A stretch of DNA of 64,000 nucleotides from Dehalococcoidia bacterium (GTDB taxonomy: Bacteria; Chloroflexota; Dehalococcoidia; Bin125). Location of the stretch: assembly GCA_965215375.1 (NCBI GenBank), contig CBDCDO010000001.1, positions 146,736 to 210,735 of the forward strand, written 5' to 3'. The notes below the pieces were generated by a model. It made no database searches and was not told where the DNA came from. It worked only from the letters and a program-made list of their open reading frames with translations. Each line of letters opens with the position of its first letter. The first letter of the stretch is position 1. The position numbers and the translations under genes were made by a program. This document shows positions 9,125-17,651 of this stretch, piece after piece.

Positions 9125-9759
9125 GGCGTTCTTGACTGGACGACGTACATTGGATCGCTTTGGCCCTTGGCGGGGGAGATGTCGTGCCACTGGGGTGGGT
9201 CGAAGGCTCCCGAGTAGTGGAAGTAGGCCCCGACGATCTGGACGTGGCCTTCATCTCCCATTCCTTGCCAGAGACTGACGGCTTTGGTTGGGAAGCAACG
9301 GTTTGAGAAGGAGACGATGCAGCCTCCGCCGGGACGCAGGACACGGCCGATCTCCCGGAAGACATCGAGCGGCTGCTTCAGGTATTGGACAGAGACGGCG
9401 ATAGTGACGACATCGAATTCGCCGTCGCCGTAGGGCAGGATGGGATCAGCGTTGAGGTCGTGAACGACCCACTCAGTGAGCTGAGGGTTCTCAGCCAACT
9501 CCTCGGCGTTCATGCCGAGGCCGGCGACGCGCTGGGACTCGAGGTCGTCGGGGTAGTGGGAGATCCACGACGACATCAGGTCGAGCAGGCGGCCCTGCTT
9601 GGGTAGGGACTTGGAATAATGTTCGCGCAGCGCACCGATCGCCGCGTCATCGATGTGGGCAACGAGTCTCGGCTGGGCGTAGAAGTTCGTGTCGGCGGAC
9701 TCGTCGACACGTTGGAAGTGGGCATCTCCAAAGGGGGCGTCAGTGGGTTGGTCGGTCAT
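9115..9759 (-). CDS. class I SAM-dependent methyltransferase
   Basis: LLDLMSSWISHYP ... FDVVTIAVSVQYLKQP ... LRPGGGCIVSFSN, a Methyltransf_11-like pattern. Confidence 0.75.
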   Translation of the reverse strand: MTDQPTDAPFGDAHFQRVDESADTNFYAQPRLVAHIDDAAIGALREHYSKSLPKQGRLLDLMSSWISHYPDDLESQRVAGLGMNAEELAENPQLTEWVVHDLNADPILPYGDGEFDVVTIAVSVQYLKQPLDVFREIGRVLRPGGGCIVSFSNRCFPTKAVSLWQGMGDEGHVQIVGAYFHYSGAFDPPQWHDISPAKGQSDPMYVVQSRTPQA

Positions 9760-9781
9760 GGGCGAGCGCCCCTCACCCTAG

Positions 9782-9802
9782 CCCTCTCCCCCAGGGAGAG
9801 GG
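9782..9802. repeat. GC-rich hairpin ccctctccc-cca-gggagaggg
   Basis: 9-bp perfect stem between two minus-strand genes. Related CCTC/GAGG hairpins occur at 37003 and 63961. Confidence 0.6.
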
Positions 9803-9828
9803 GACCGGAACCGCTTCGTGCGGAGCGG

Positions 9829-10026
9829 CTAGAACTTTGGTGGCTTGGGCAGGATGTAGGCGGCAGAGAGGCCGACCAGGATCGCAGCCATCGCGATACC
9901 GACCGCGATAGCCACGATCTGTCCGACGTGGAGTCCGCCGCCGCTCTCGCCACCAGCCGCCATCGCGACGCCGCCCGCGAGGACGGCGACGATTAGCGCG
10001 GTAGCGATGCTAGCGGTGCGCAACAT
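9829..10026 (-). CDS. small two-helix membrane protein (hypothetical)
   Basis: The internal ATG at 10026 gives MLRTASIATALIVAVLAGGVAMAAGG...IAVGIAMAAILVGLSAAYILPKPPKF. A GGAG lies upstream. The longer 180-aa ORF has an Arg-rich, non-protein-like extension. Confidence 0.35.
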   Translation of the reverse strand: MLRTASIATALIVAVLAGGVAMAAGGESGGGLHVGQIVAIAVGIAMAAILVGLSAAYILPKPPKF

Positions 10027-10055
10027 CGGAGGGTCTCCTTCAGCGAAGCAGACGA

Positions 10056-10496
10056 CTAGAAGGGGTTGCTCATCTGAGCGGCGTGGTCGACGAAGTGCCA
10101 CATGGCACCCTGCATCAGCATGGAGACCGGCGCTGCGCCCAGGCCTTCGCCGCCAGCCGACTTGCCCAGTTCGTCGTCCTGGACGTGCTTGACCTTGCTT
10201 TCGGCGGCGGAGATGACGGCGTCGAGCGCGGCCAGCGCGTCGGCCGGGGTCTCGAAGTCGGTGCTGCTCAGCGGATTCTCGGGGCCTTCGTAGCCACAGG
10301 CGGCGCAGATGCCGTTGGCGAACATCAGCGTCGAGGGAATCACATGCTCGGCGACCTGGCGCGGCGACCATCCGGCTTCGCCGTCGTCAGCGGTGCCCTT
10401 CGGCGTGTCCCAGTTGGCTTCGGAAACCTGGATGGATGCTCGCAGCGCAGCCACGCCTCCGTGGATTCCGGCTCGCAGTTCGTCAGCGGTTGGCAT
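10056..10496 (-). CDS. DinB-family (DinB_2-like) protein
   Basis: Four-helix pattern with spaced His residues (QVAEHVI ... WHFVDHAAQM). Confidence 0.55.
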   Translation of the reverse strand: MPTADELRAGIHGGVAALRASIQVSEANWDTPKGTADDGEAGWSPRQVAEHVIPSTLMFANGICAACGYEGPENPLSSTDFETPADALAALDAVISAAESKVKHVQDDELGKSAGGEGLGAAPVSMLMQGAMWHFVDHAAQMSNPF

Positions 10497-10623
10497 CGTG
10501 GATTCTCCTTCAAAAGTTCATGCTTGGTTGGCGCCGATCTCGTCGGGCGCCGGTCTCCGCAGCATAGGACAGCAGCGGGATAGCCTGTATCAGAATCGGC
10601 ACAGAGACAGAGGGGTCGACATT

Positions 10624-11664
10624 ATGGCATTCGGAATCGGACTGATCGGCGCGGGCGGAAATCAGAAGCTGCGACATATTCCGGGATTTCGCGAGATTCC
10701 CGATGTGGAGATCGTGAACGTGGTCAATCGCTCGCGCGAGTCGGGTGAGCGAGTTGCGGCCGAGTGGGATATTCCGCGAGTGTCGGAGTCGGTCGAGGAA
10801 CTGCTGTCGGATCCGGCGGTGGACGCGGTCAGCATTGGCACGTGGCCATACAAGCACCTTGAGTACACGACCGCGGCGCTCGAGGCGGGCAAGCACGTGC
10901 TCTGCGAAGCGCGGATGGCGCGGAACGCCGATGAGGGCGAGCAGATGCTCGCGGCGAGCCGTGCGCATCCCGATCTGGTGTCGCAGCTGGTACCGGCGCC
11001 GTTCGATTTCCGTTTGGGTCAGACGATCAAGCGGCTCTGTGAGGACGGTTCGCTGGGCAGCATCATTGAGGTCCATCTGACGTTGCTCAACGGATCGGGT
11101 TTGGACGAGGCGGGCCCGCTGCATTGGCGACATCGGAGCGACTACTCCGGACATAACATGATGCAGTTGGGCATCTTCAATGAGACGATCCAACGCTGGC
11201 TTGGCGATACGGCACGTGTCACGGCCCACGCTCGGACGTTTGTGCCCAGCCGTGTCGACGAGGAAACCGGTGAGCGCTACAGCATCGTGATTCCCGACAG
11301 CCTGGGCATCTTCGCCGACATGGCCAACGGGGCGCGTTGCACGTATCGGGTCAGCGCCGTGACGGCCGGTGCACCGCAGCCGCCAAGCATTGACATCTAC
11401 GGCTCCGAGGGTCGGCTGCACTGGCGCTTCGGTGACACCGGTGAGTGGGGCAAGCACGGCGATGACGTAGCCCCAATCGTCGCCGATCCCGGCACCGCGC
11501 ACGACTGGCAGGTCGAGTATGACTTCATGCGCTCAGTCCGAGACGGAGCCCCAGTCACCCTGACCAGCTTCGCCGACGGAGTCCGGTACATGCGCTTCAC
11601 CGACGCGGTCTGGGAGTCTTGGAACACGGGTCAAAGCCGCGACATCGAACCATTGACAGAGTAA
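10624..11664 (+). CDS. Gfo/Idh/MocA family oxidoreductase
   Basis: MAFGIGLIGAGGNQ Rossmann N-terminus and the EKP-like region (CEARMA). The upstream part of ORF 10309..11664 overlaps the divergent gene and is not protein-like. Confidence 0.85.
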   Translation: MAFGIGLIGAGGNQKLRHIPGFREIPDVEIVNVVNRSRESGERVAAEWDIPRVSESVEELLSDPAVDAVSIGTWPYKHLEYTTAALEAGKHVLCEARMARNADEGEQMLAASRAHPDLVSQLVPAPFDFRLGQTIKRLCEDGSLGSIIEVHLTLLNGSGLDEAGPLHWRHRSDYSGHNMMQLGIFNETIQRWLGDTARVTAHARTFVPSRVDEETGERYSIVIPDSLGIFADMANGARCTYRVSAVTAGAPQPPSIDIYGSEGRLHWRFGDTGEWGKHGDDVAPIVADPGTAHDWQVEYDFMRSVRDGAPVTLTSFADGVRYMRFTDAVWESWNTGQSRDIEPLTE

Positions 11665-11673
11665 GGACGAGTC

Positions 11674-12597
11674 ATGGCACGGATCGTCTCGCTACTGCCG
11701 AGCGCCACCGAGATCGTCTGCGCGTTGGGCGCTGGCGACGATCTGGTGGGTCGGTCGCACGAGTGTGACTATCCACCCGAAGCGCAACATCTGCCGGTGC
11801 TGACCAGTCCCAGGTTTCTACCAGGCGCTGCCAGTGGAGCGATCGATCGGCAGGTGCGTGAGCTGGCGCTTGCAGCTCGATCCGAGGATGCCTTGGGCGT
11901 CTACGCGATTGACATGGACCTGTTGCAGGAGCTTGCGCCGACGCACATCGTCACGCAAACGCAGTGCGAGGTCTGCGCCGTCAGCCTGCGCGACGTGGAG
12001 CGAGCCGTCGAGCAACTCACCGGATTCGACACGAAACTGATTCCGCTCGCTCCCAACTCACTCAGTGACATCTTCGACGACATGACGCGAACCGCCGACG
12101 CGCTTGGGATTGCTGAGCGTGGAACGGCGCTGGTCTCGGAACTGCAACGCCAGATCGCACAGGTTCCGGCAACGTTGAACTCACCACGCGTCGCAGTCGT
12201 GGAGTGGGCCGATCCGCTGATGACAGCGGGTCATTGGACAATGGAGCTGATCGTGCGAGCAGGCGGTGTCCCGGTGATCGGCGAACCTGCTGGTCCGTCG
12301 TTGCACTTCGAGATGTCTGATCTGGCTGTGGCGGACCCGGATGTGATCATCATCGCACCATGCGGCTATGACCTGGAGAGAACGCGTGAGGATGCGAAGC
12401 TGTTACACGAGCGCGAGGACTGGCGACAACTCCGAGCGGTGCGCGAAGATCGCATCGCGTTGATTGACGGAAATCAGTACGTCAATCGACCTGGGCCAAG
12501 AGTCGTGGAGACGCTTGAGATCATCGCGGAAATCATCAATCCCGATGTCGATGAGCATCGACATGAAGGAATCGGTTGGGAACGCTTTGCTGGCTGA
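11674..12597 (+). CDS. periplasmic-binding-protein fold, cobalamin/siderophore-binding-like (BtuF-like), no signal peptide
   Basis: RIVSLLPSATEIVCALGAGDDLVGRSHECDYP is the typical BtuF-like N-terminal motif. Confidence 0.7.
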   Translation: MARIVSLLPSATEIVCALGAGDDLVGRSHECDYPPEAQHLPVLTSPRFLPGAASGAIDRQVRELALAARSEDALGVYAIDMDLLQELAPTHIVTQTQCEVCAVSLRDVERAVEQLTGFDTKLIPLAPNSLSDIFDDMTRTADALGIAERGTALVSELQRQIAQVPATLNSPRVAVVEWADPLMTAGHWTMELIVRAGGVPVIGEPAGPSLHFEMSDLAVADPDVIIIAPCGYDLERTREDAKLLHEREDWRQLRAVREDRIALIDGNQYVNRPGPRVVETLEIIAEIINPDVDEHRHEGIGWERFAG

Positions 12598-12620
12598 GTA
12601 GAAGCCATCAATCCTGTGTC

Positions 12621-13016
12621 GTCATATCCGCGCTAGTGGGTCCGACTACTCTCGCTCGTGAGTCCGTCATACCCGCGCTTGCCGGAGGCCTTTGCGTAAT
12701 CCACCAACTCCGTCTTTCCTGCCCTACCACTCCGTCATTCCTGCGCGCAGCGCGGGAATCTCGATCCGTTTGGTAACGCCGATGTGCAGCTACGGTCGTG
12801 TCACCAGCGTCGACTCTGGTGCTGGCCTCAGCGAGATACCCGCGGCAAGCGCGGGTATGACGAATAATTCAAAGGTCTCCGCTTGCGGCGGGTGTACCGC
12901 GATTTGCACCAAAGAACGACAACGGAGTTGGTCTCCTCATGGGAAACCCTTCTCTTCGAATTGGCGTCTGATGCCTATTGCGTCGAGATTCCCGCGACGG
13001 AGCGCGGGAATGACGG
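12621..13016. repeat. cluster of REP-like palindromic elements (GTCAT-[AT]-[CT]CCGCG ... CGCGGG-[AT]-ATGAC)
   Basis: Complete hairpin copies at 12734..12760 (inverted orientation), 12833..12862 and 12985..13016. Truncated half-copies at 12621 and 12666. All lie in a 478-bp non-coding gap. Confidence 0.7.
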
Positions 13017-13075
13017 AAACCGGATCGGAGCGCTCAGGCAGCCATTTGGGATTCGGCGAACCTGTTGCAGCCCTG

Positions 13076-14029
13076 TTACAGCGTGGCTAGCCAACCCACG
13101 AGGATGCGGTTCAGTTCCTCTGGTTCTTCCTGCTGGGTCCAGTGGCCGCAGTCTTCGATGTGGCCTCGACTGAGGTTGGGAATCCAGTCTTCCATGCCTT
13201 CGGTCATTGAGGGGAGCAGAACTCCGTCTTTGCCGGCGGTGACCATCAGGGCTGGCTGCTCGATATTGTTGCCGTCGACAGCGGCGTCCCATTCCCAGTT
13301 TCGGCCGTGATTGCGATACCAGTTCAGTCCGCCGCGGAATCCGGACTTCTCGAACGCACTGACGAAGGTGTCGAGGTCAGCCTCGGTGAGCATGATTGAG
13401 CGCTCGGCGTCGTCGGGCAGGCCGACGAGGAGGCCGCCGCGCTCGCGGACGCCCGAAGTCATGCCGATTACATCGAGCCGGTCCTCGGGCTTGGAGGTGC
13501 GCAGCATCAGACTCATCGTCCGGCGGACATTGCCGCCCAACTCGGCCTCGGCAACTCCTTCGTCCTGGAAGTAGAGCTGGTAGTCGAAGCGGCCCGGATC
13601 CATCTTCATCGCCTCGAGCGGGTTGATTGGCGGTCGACGGCCAGCCGGCGTGTTGATCCCGGCGACGGCGCGGACGCGGGTTGGGTGATGCTTGGCCATG
13701 TTCCAAATGACCGCGCCGCCCCAGTCGTGGCCAACGAAGACGGCGTCGTCGATGCCCAAGGCGTCGAGCAACGCAACCATGTCGGCGCAGATCAGTTCCT
13801 GGGTGAAATCCTCGGCGTTGGGCGGCGAGTCGGTGCCGCCGTAGCCGCGCATGTCCGGTGCGATGGCGCGGAATCCAGCCTCGGCGACGACGGGAATCTG
13901 ATGTCGCCACGAATACCAGAGCTCGGGAAAGCCGTGGCAGAAGACGACGGCCGGGCCATCGCCGGCCTCGGCGATGTGCATGTTGATGCCGGTGGAGAGA
14001 TCGATCTGGGAGTGAGTGATGTCGGTCAT
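13076..14029 (-). CDS. alpha/beta hydrolase, epoxide-hydrolase-like
   Basis: HGFPELWYSWRHQ (HGxP oxyanion motif) and VGHDWGG (Asp nucleophile motif). The start was chosen at MTDITHSQ (ATG 14029). Confidence 0.85.
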   Translation of the reverse strand: MTDITHSQIDLSTGINMHIAEAGDGPAVVFCHGFPELWYSWRHQIPVVAEAGFRAIAPDMRGYGGTDSPPNAEDFTQELICADMVALLDALGIDDAVFVGHDWGGAVIWNMAKHHPTRVRAVAGINTPAGRRPPINPLEAMKMDPGRFDYQLYFQDEGVAEAELGGNVRRTMSLMLRTSKPEDRLDVIGMTSGVRERGGLLVGLPDDAERSIMLTEADLDTFVSAFEKSGFRGGLNWYRNHGRNWEWDAAVDGNNIEQPALMVTAGKDGVLLPSMTEGMEDWIPNLSRGHIEDCGHWTQQEEPEELNRILVGWLATL

Positions 14030-14138
14030 GGCAACCCTCGGATGAGTACGCGAGTGGGTGGAGTGTTGACTCAGCGCTCGCACGATCATACGCACTGTCC
14101 AAGACTGCGGGTACCGTAGCCGCAACAGGAGAGCGCTG

Positions 14139-16112
14139 ATGAGCATCGAGACACCAAATTGGGCTACGACGACGACAGCAGACATCGAACGCGGCGTCGA
14201 TGATGCCATGCGGACTGTGGACCGACTGGCGGATGAACTGGTCTCTGTCCCCGATGGTCAGCGCACCTTCGACAACACGGTGTTGCCGCTTGATGAGATT
14301 GGCAACGTGCTGAACCAGGCCTCGGGGCGGTTTGGCTTTCTCTCTCAGGTCGCAGCCGACGATGAACTGCGGGCCGCGGCCCATCAGCACGAAGAGCGAT
14401 TGAACGTCTTCGCTGCGGGGATCGGGTTTCGCGAGGACATCGATCGTGCCCTCAAGGCCTACGCGACGAGAGCCGAGTTGGAGGCGTTGCCCGATGACGC
14501 GCGACGGCTGTTGGAGTTTGCGCTGCGCGACTATCGACGCAACGGACTCGAACTGCCCAAGCAGACGCGCGACGAACTCAAGGCGCTGCAGGAACGGCTT
14601 GTCGGCCTGGGCATTCAGTTTCGCAAGAACATCGATGACTACGAAGACTTCGTCGAACTGAGCCGCGACGAACTCGACGGTTTGCCCGACGGATACATCG
14701 AGCGATTGCGGACGATCGAGGTGGATGGGGGCGTCCGCTACAAGGTCGGGCTGGACTATCCCGAGCTGCATCCCTTCCTGGACAGCGCCCACGACGCCGA
14801 ACGACGGCGGGAGCTGTTTCATAAGAACCACAACAAGGCGTCCGAGGCCAACATCGAGATTCTCGAGGAAGCACTCGGCGTCCGCGCGGATATGGCGCAA
14901 CGACTGGGATTCGAGTCATGGGCCGCGTACGCGCTTGAGGTGAAGATGGCCAAGCAGACCCATGCCGTTCTCGACTTCCTCACTGACCTCGAGGAGCGGT
15001 TGCAGCCGAAGCTGGCGGCCGACCTGGACAGACTTGCGCAGGAGCAAGCGCGCCGTACTGGTGAGCAGGGGCCAGTCAACATCGCCGATTGGCGTTACTA
15101 CACCAATCAGGTGGTTCAGGAGCAATACCAGGTCGATCCGTTTGACGTCGCTGCATACTTCCCACTCGACGCTGTGCTGGACGGGATGTTCAGGATCTAC
15201 GAGGAGTTGGTGGGCGTCAGGTTTGTTGCACGCCCGGATGCAACGGATGCTGCCTGGCACGAGGATGCGCAACCGTTTGACATCGTTGATCCGTCCTCAG
15301 GGGAAGCGCTGGCACGCTTCTACATGGACCTGTATCCGCGACCAGGAAAGTTCGGACATGCCGCGGCGTTCACGCTGCGCGGCGGTCGTCGGTTGGGCGA
15401 TGAGTACCAGCGCCCGATTTCCTCAATCGTGGCCAACTTCACGAAGCCGACCGAGACGTCGCCGTCGCTGTTGCGACACACGGAGGTGGTGACACTCTTC
15501 CACGAGTTCGGACACATTCTGCACCAGACCTTGACGACCTCTCGTTTCACACGCTTCAGCGGAACGCGTGTTGAGCGTGACTTTGTCGAGGCGCCGTCGC
15601 AAATGCTCGAGCACTGGTGCTGGCAGCCGGCGATGTTGGGCAGTTTCAGCCGACATTATGAATCGGGCGATCCACTGCCGACCTCGCTGATCAATCGGAT
15701 GATTGAGGCGAAACATACGTCATCGGCGATTGCCACATTGCGGCAGGTGTACTTCTCGCGGTTGGACTTGGCGTATCACTCGGAGTCGGGCAAGAGCACT
15801 GACGATATGGCCCGCGAATTGCATCCGATTACTGGGTTCCCGTTCCCAGAGGACACGCACTTCCAGGCTGGTTTCGGTCATCTCTTCGGCTACGACGCGG
15901 GCTACTACGGCTACCTGTGGTCGCGTGTGTTTGGCGATGACATGTTTACGCGGTTTGAAGCGCCAGGTGCGTCGGTGTCAAGCATCGGCGCCGAGTATCG
16001 GCAGCACATCCTCGAGCCGGGCGGAACAGCGGATGCCGAGCACTTGATCCAGCAGTTCCTCGGTCGGGAACCCAACGCCGACGCGTTCCTGCGAGAACTG
16101 GGCCTAAGCTGA
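14139..16112 (+). CDS. M3-family zinc metallopeptidase (oligopeptidase A / thimet-like)
   Basis: HEFGHILH zinc motif, size and the overall M3 pattern. Confidence 0.9.
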   Translation: MSIETPNWATTTTADIERGVDDAMRTVDRLADELVSVPDGQRTFDNTVLPLDEIGNVLNQASGRFGFLSQVAADDELRAAAHQHEERLNVFAAGIGFREDIDRALKAYATRAELEALPDDARRLLEFALRDYRRNGLELPKQTRDELKALQERLVGLGIQFRKNIDDYEDFVELSRDELDGLPDGYIERLRTIEVDGGVRYKVGLDYPELHPFLDSAHDAERRRELFHKNHNKASEANIEILEEALGVRADMAQRLGFESWAAYALEVKMAKQTHAVLDFLTDLEERLQPKLAADLDRLAQEQARRTGEQGPVNIADWRYYTNQVVQEQYQVDPFDVAAYFPLDAVLDGMFRIYEELVGVRFVARPDATDAAWHEDAQPFDIVDPSSGEALARFYMDLYPRPGKFGHAAAFTLRGGRRLGDEYQRPISSIVANFTKPTETSPSLLRHTEVVTLFHEFGHILHQTLTTSRFTRFSGTRVERDFVEAPSQMLEHWCWQPAMLGSFSRHYESGDPLPTSLINRMIEAKHTSSAIATLRQVYFSRLDLAYHSESGKSTDDMARELHPITGFPFPEDTHFQAGFGHLFGYDAGYYGYLWSRVFGDDMFTRFEAPGASVSSIGAEYRQHILEPGGTADAEHLIQQFLGREPNADAFLRELGLS

Positions 16113-16179
16113 GAAACTTACCTGCCCCCGCTGGACGAAGACTGCCAGGGGGCGCTGAAACCGTGGGGGAGACAACGGC

Positions 16180-16257
16180 CGGTCCAGCGCCAGCCTCGGC
16201 GACGTGCATGTTGATGCCGGTGGAGAGGTCAAGTTGTCGGTGGGTGATTTGTGTCAT
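16180..16257 (-). pseudogene. 5' remnant of a paralogous epoxide-hydrolase-like gene
   Basis: MTQITHRQLDLSTGINMHVAEAGAGPAVV aligns with the first 29 aa of 13076..14029 (MTDITHSQIDLSTGINMHIAEAGDGPAVV), and the nucleotide sequences are also similar. Similarity stops abruptly before the HGFP motif. Confidence 0.6.
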
Positions 16258-16556
16258 GGTTCTCACTCCGCCTTGCAGCTGTGCGGCTGTGCTGTCTCAG
16301 GATGTTGCCAGCTATGATAAACGCTACCAAGCTTTAGCGAGAGGCAGATGAAAATGGTTTTCAAAGTATACGCTCCGAAGTCAGGACCAGTCACGCCGTG
16401 GATCGTGTCTCGTGACAGATGTTACCATAGAGATTGCAGTTCCTCATCCAAGCCTCTGATGGTCCATACGATGAACCAGAGTCTGCACCGCCACCAGAAA
16501 TGGGAGGCTGGTACGTAACCACCAACACGGCTCTCTTCTGGAAGTGATAGAATGCT

Positions 16557-17579
16557 ATGTGGGCAGTTGTCTTTTCGGCATTGGCAATCATCTTTGCCGC
16601 ATTGGTATCTGGGACGGAATATACAGTTGAGGCAACACAACGACAAGTTGCGCTCAGGGTGGGTTCGAGTGTCCCCTGTTTTGTCGACGTAGTGAGTGCT
16701 CAAGGGGAGATTGTGGCGTCATGGGTGGGTGGTAGAAATGGCGCGTGCCAAATCGGCTGGTTGCAAGATCCACCGCTCTTGTTGTTTTATGGTCACACAA
16801 CCAAGGGAGAAACAATTGTCGGCGGAGATCCATGGACTGGCGTAGCATATGAGCTTGTAGATCTCACGGGTGTTGATGGCATGCTGATCCGAGACGATGG
16901 TCGCCGATTCGTGCTCCGCAAGGATAATGCAGTGCGGGATGTGAAGGTGCCTGGCCGTATCGTTCAGGAAGATCCTGTGTCCGCGGAAGAGCGAGCAGTC
17001 GAAATGGGCTTCGAGACTTCACAGCGGCGAGGAATCGTGCACCGAGGTGTCGTGGTGATCCCGAATCGCAACTCTATGTTTCGATTGTTGCCATCACCGG
17101 ATGAAAGGTGGCTAGCGGTGTTTCAAAGACAAGATCTGTTCTCACAAGCGCATTATCGTGCGACACCCGCGTTTGGTGATGTTACGATGCTCGGCGATGC
17201 GCAGTACGACTTACATAGTGTAGGTGTCGAAGTGGACGGACATGGTAGTGTTGAATCACCGAATGGGAAGTGGCGCGCAGAGATCAGCGACAAGATTCGC
17301 TTAGTGCACGAGGAGGGAACGCACGTCACGGTTGATCCCCTCTGGACGAAGTGGTTGCATAGCGATGATTCGTCGGAAACTGAGTTTCAATTGCCGGTTT
17401 GGAATCCTGAGAGCACGGCGTTCGCGATGCGTGGCGGATGGCTTGGCGTCTATGGTTTGACCGTGATCAGCGTCGACGGGACGGTGAGGCCGGTGTTCGA
17501 TGGCGGAGTCAGTCTGGTTGTGGATTGGACAGAAGAGGGTATGAGCTGGGTGTCTTGGGGAGGTGGTGACGGCCACTGA
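16557..17579 (+). CDS. hypothetical membrane-anchored protein, possibly beta-propeller (PD40-like)
   Basis: N-terminal hydrophobic helix. Recurrent SPDERW / SPNGKW / NPEST motifs. Visibly AT-richer than its neighbours. Confidence 0.45.
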   Translation: MWAVVFSALAIIFAALVSGTEYTVEATQRQVALRVGSSVPCFVDVVSAQGEIVASWVGGRNGACQIGWLQDPPLLLFYGHTTKGETIVGGDPWTGVAYELVDLTGVDGMLIRDDGRRFVLRKDNAVRDVKVPGRIVQEDPVSAEERAVEMGFETSQRRGIVHRGVVVIPNRNSMFRLLPSPDERWLAVFQRQDLFSQAHYRATPAFGDVTMLGDAQYDLHSVGVEVDGHGSVESPNGKWRAEISDKIRLVHEEGTHVTVDPLWTKWLHSDDSSETEFQLPVWNPESTAFAMRGGWLGVYGLTVISVDGTVRPVFDGGVSLVVDWTEEGMSWVSWGGGDGH

Positions 17580-17651
17580 GACCGTCTCGCAGGCAGCAGG
17601 TAGACTGCCTGAGGATGCGCCGTTGCCGTTTGGCCGTTGAGGAGAGTGACC

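Noticed and set aside
9829-10371. 180-aa ORF extending the small membrane protein upstream.
   Set aside because: The extension is Arg/Pro/Gly-rich and low-complexity, and it overlaps the DinB-like gene in another frame. Only the last 65 codons look like a real (membrane) protein.
10497-10700. Minus-strand stretch cccgctgctgt ... gcggagaccggcgcc, resembling the CCCGCCACTG and GGAGACC.GCC (B12-box) parts of a cobalamin riboswitch, close to B12-related genes (BtuF-like, metH).
   Set aside because: The other conserved riboswitch elements (GGGAA and GGTG..AA..CC) are not evident. The spacing between the two motifs is only about 8 nt. The element would sit upstream of a DinB-like gene and would overlap the start of the divergent oxidoreductase gene. 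An Rfam RF00174 covariance-model scan would settle it.
13377-14900. 507-aa minus-strand ORF, the longest of many long antisense ORFs (others include 17301..19040, 38639..40039, 4533..5558, 10510..11502 and 18403..19461).
   Set aside because: They overlap genes with clear family signatures in other frames or on the other strand (epoxide-hydrolase-like, M3 peptidase, IDH family, CopC/propeller). They are Arg/Pro/Ala/Gly-rich, with no recognisable motifs. This is the usual stop-codon-poor antisense artefact of high-GC DNA.
16650-16690. gggtgggttcgagtgtcccc, reminiscent of a tRNA T-arm (GGTTCGAGT).
   Set aside because: The flanking bases do not pair into a 5-bp T-stem and no acceptor or anticodon arms can be drawn. 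It lies inside the ORF 16557..17579.
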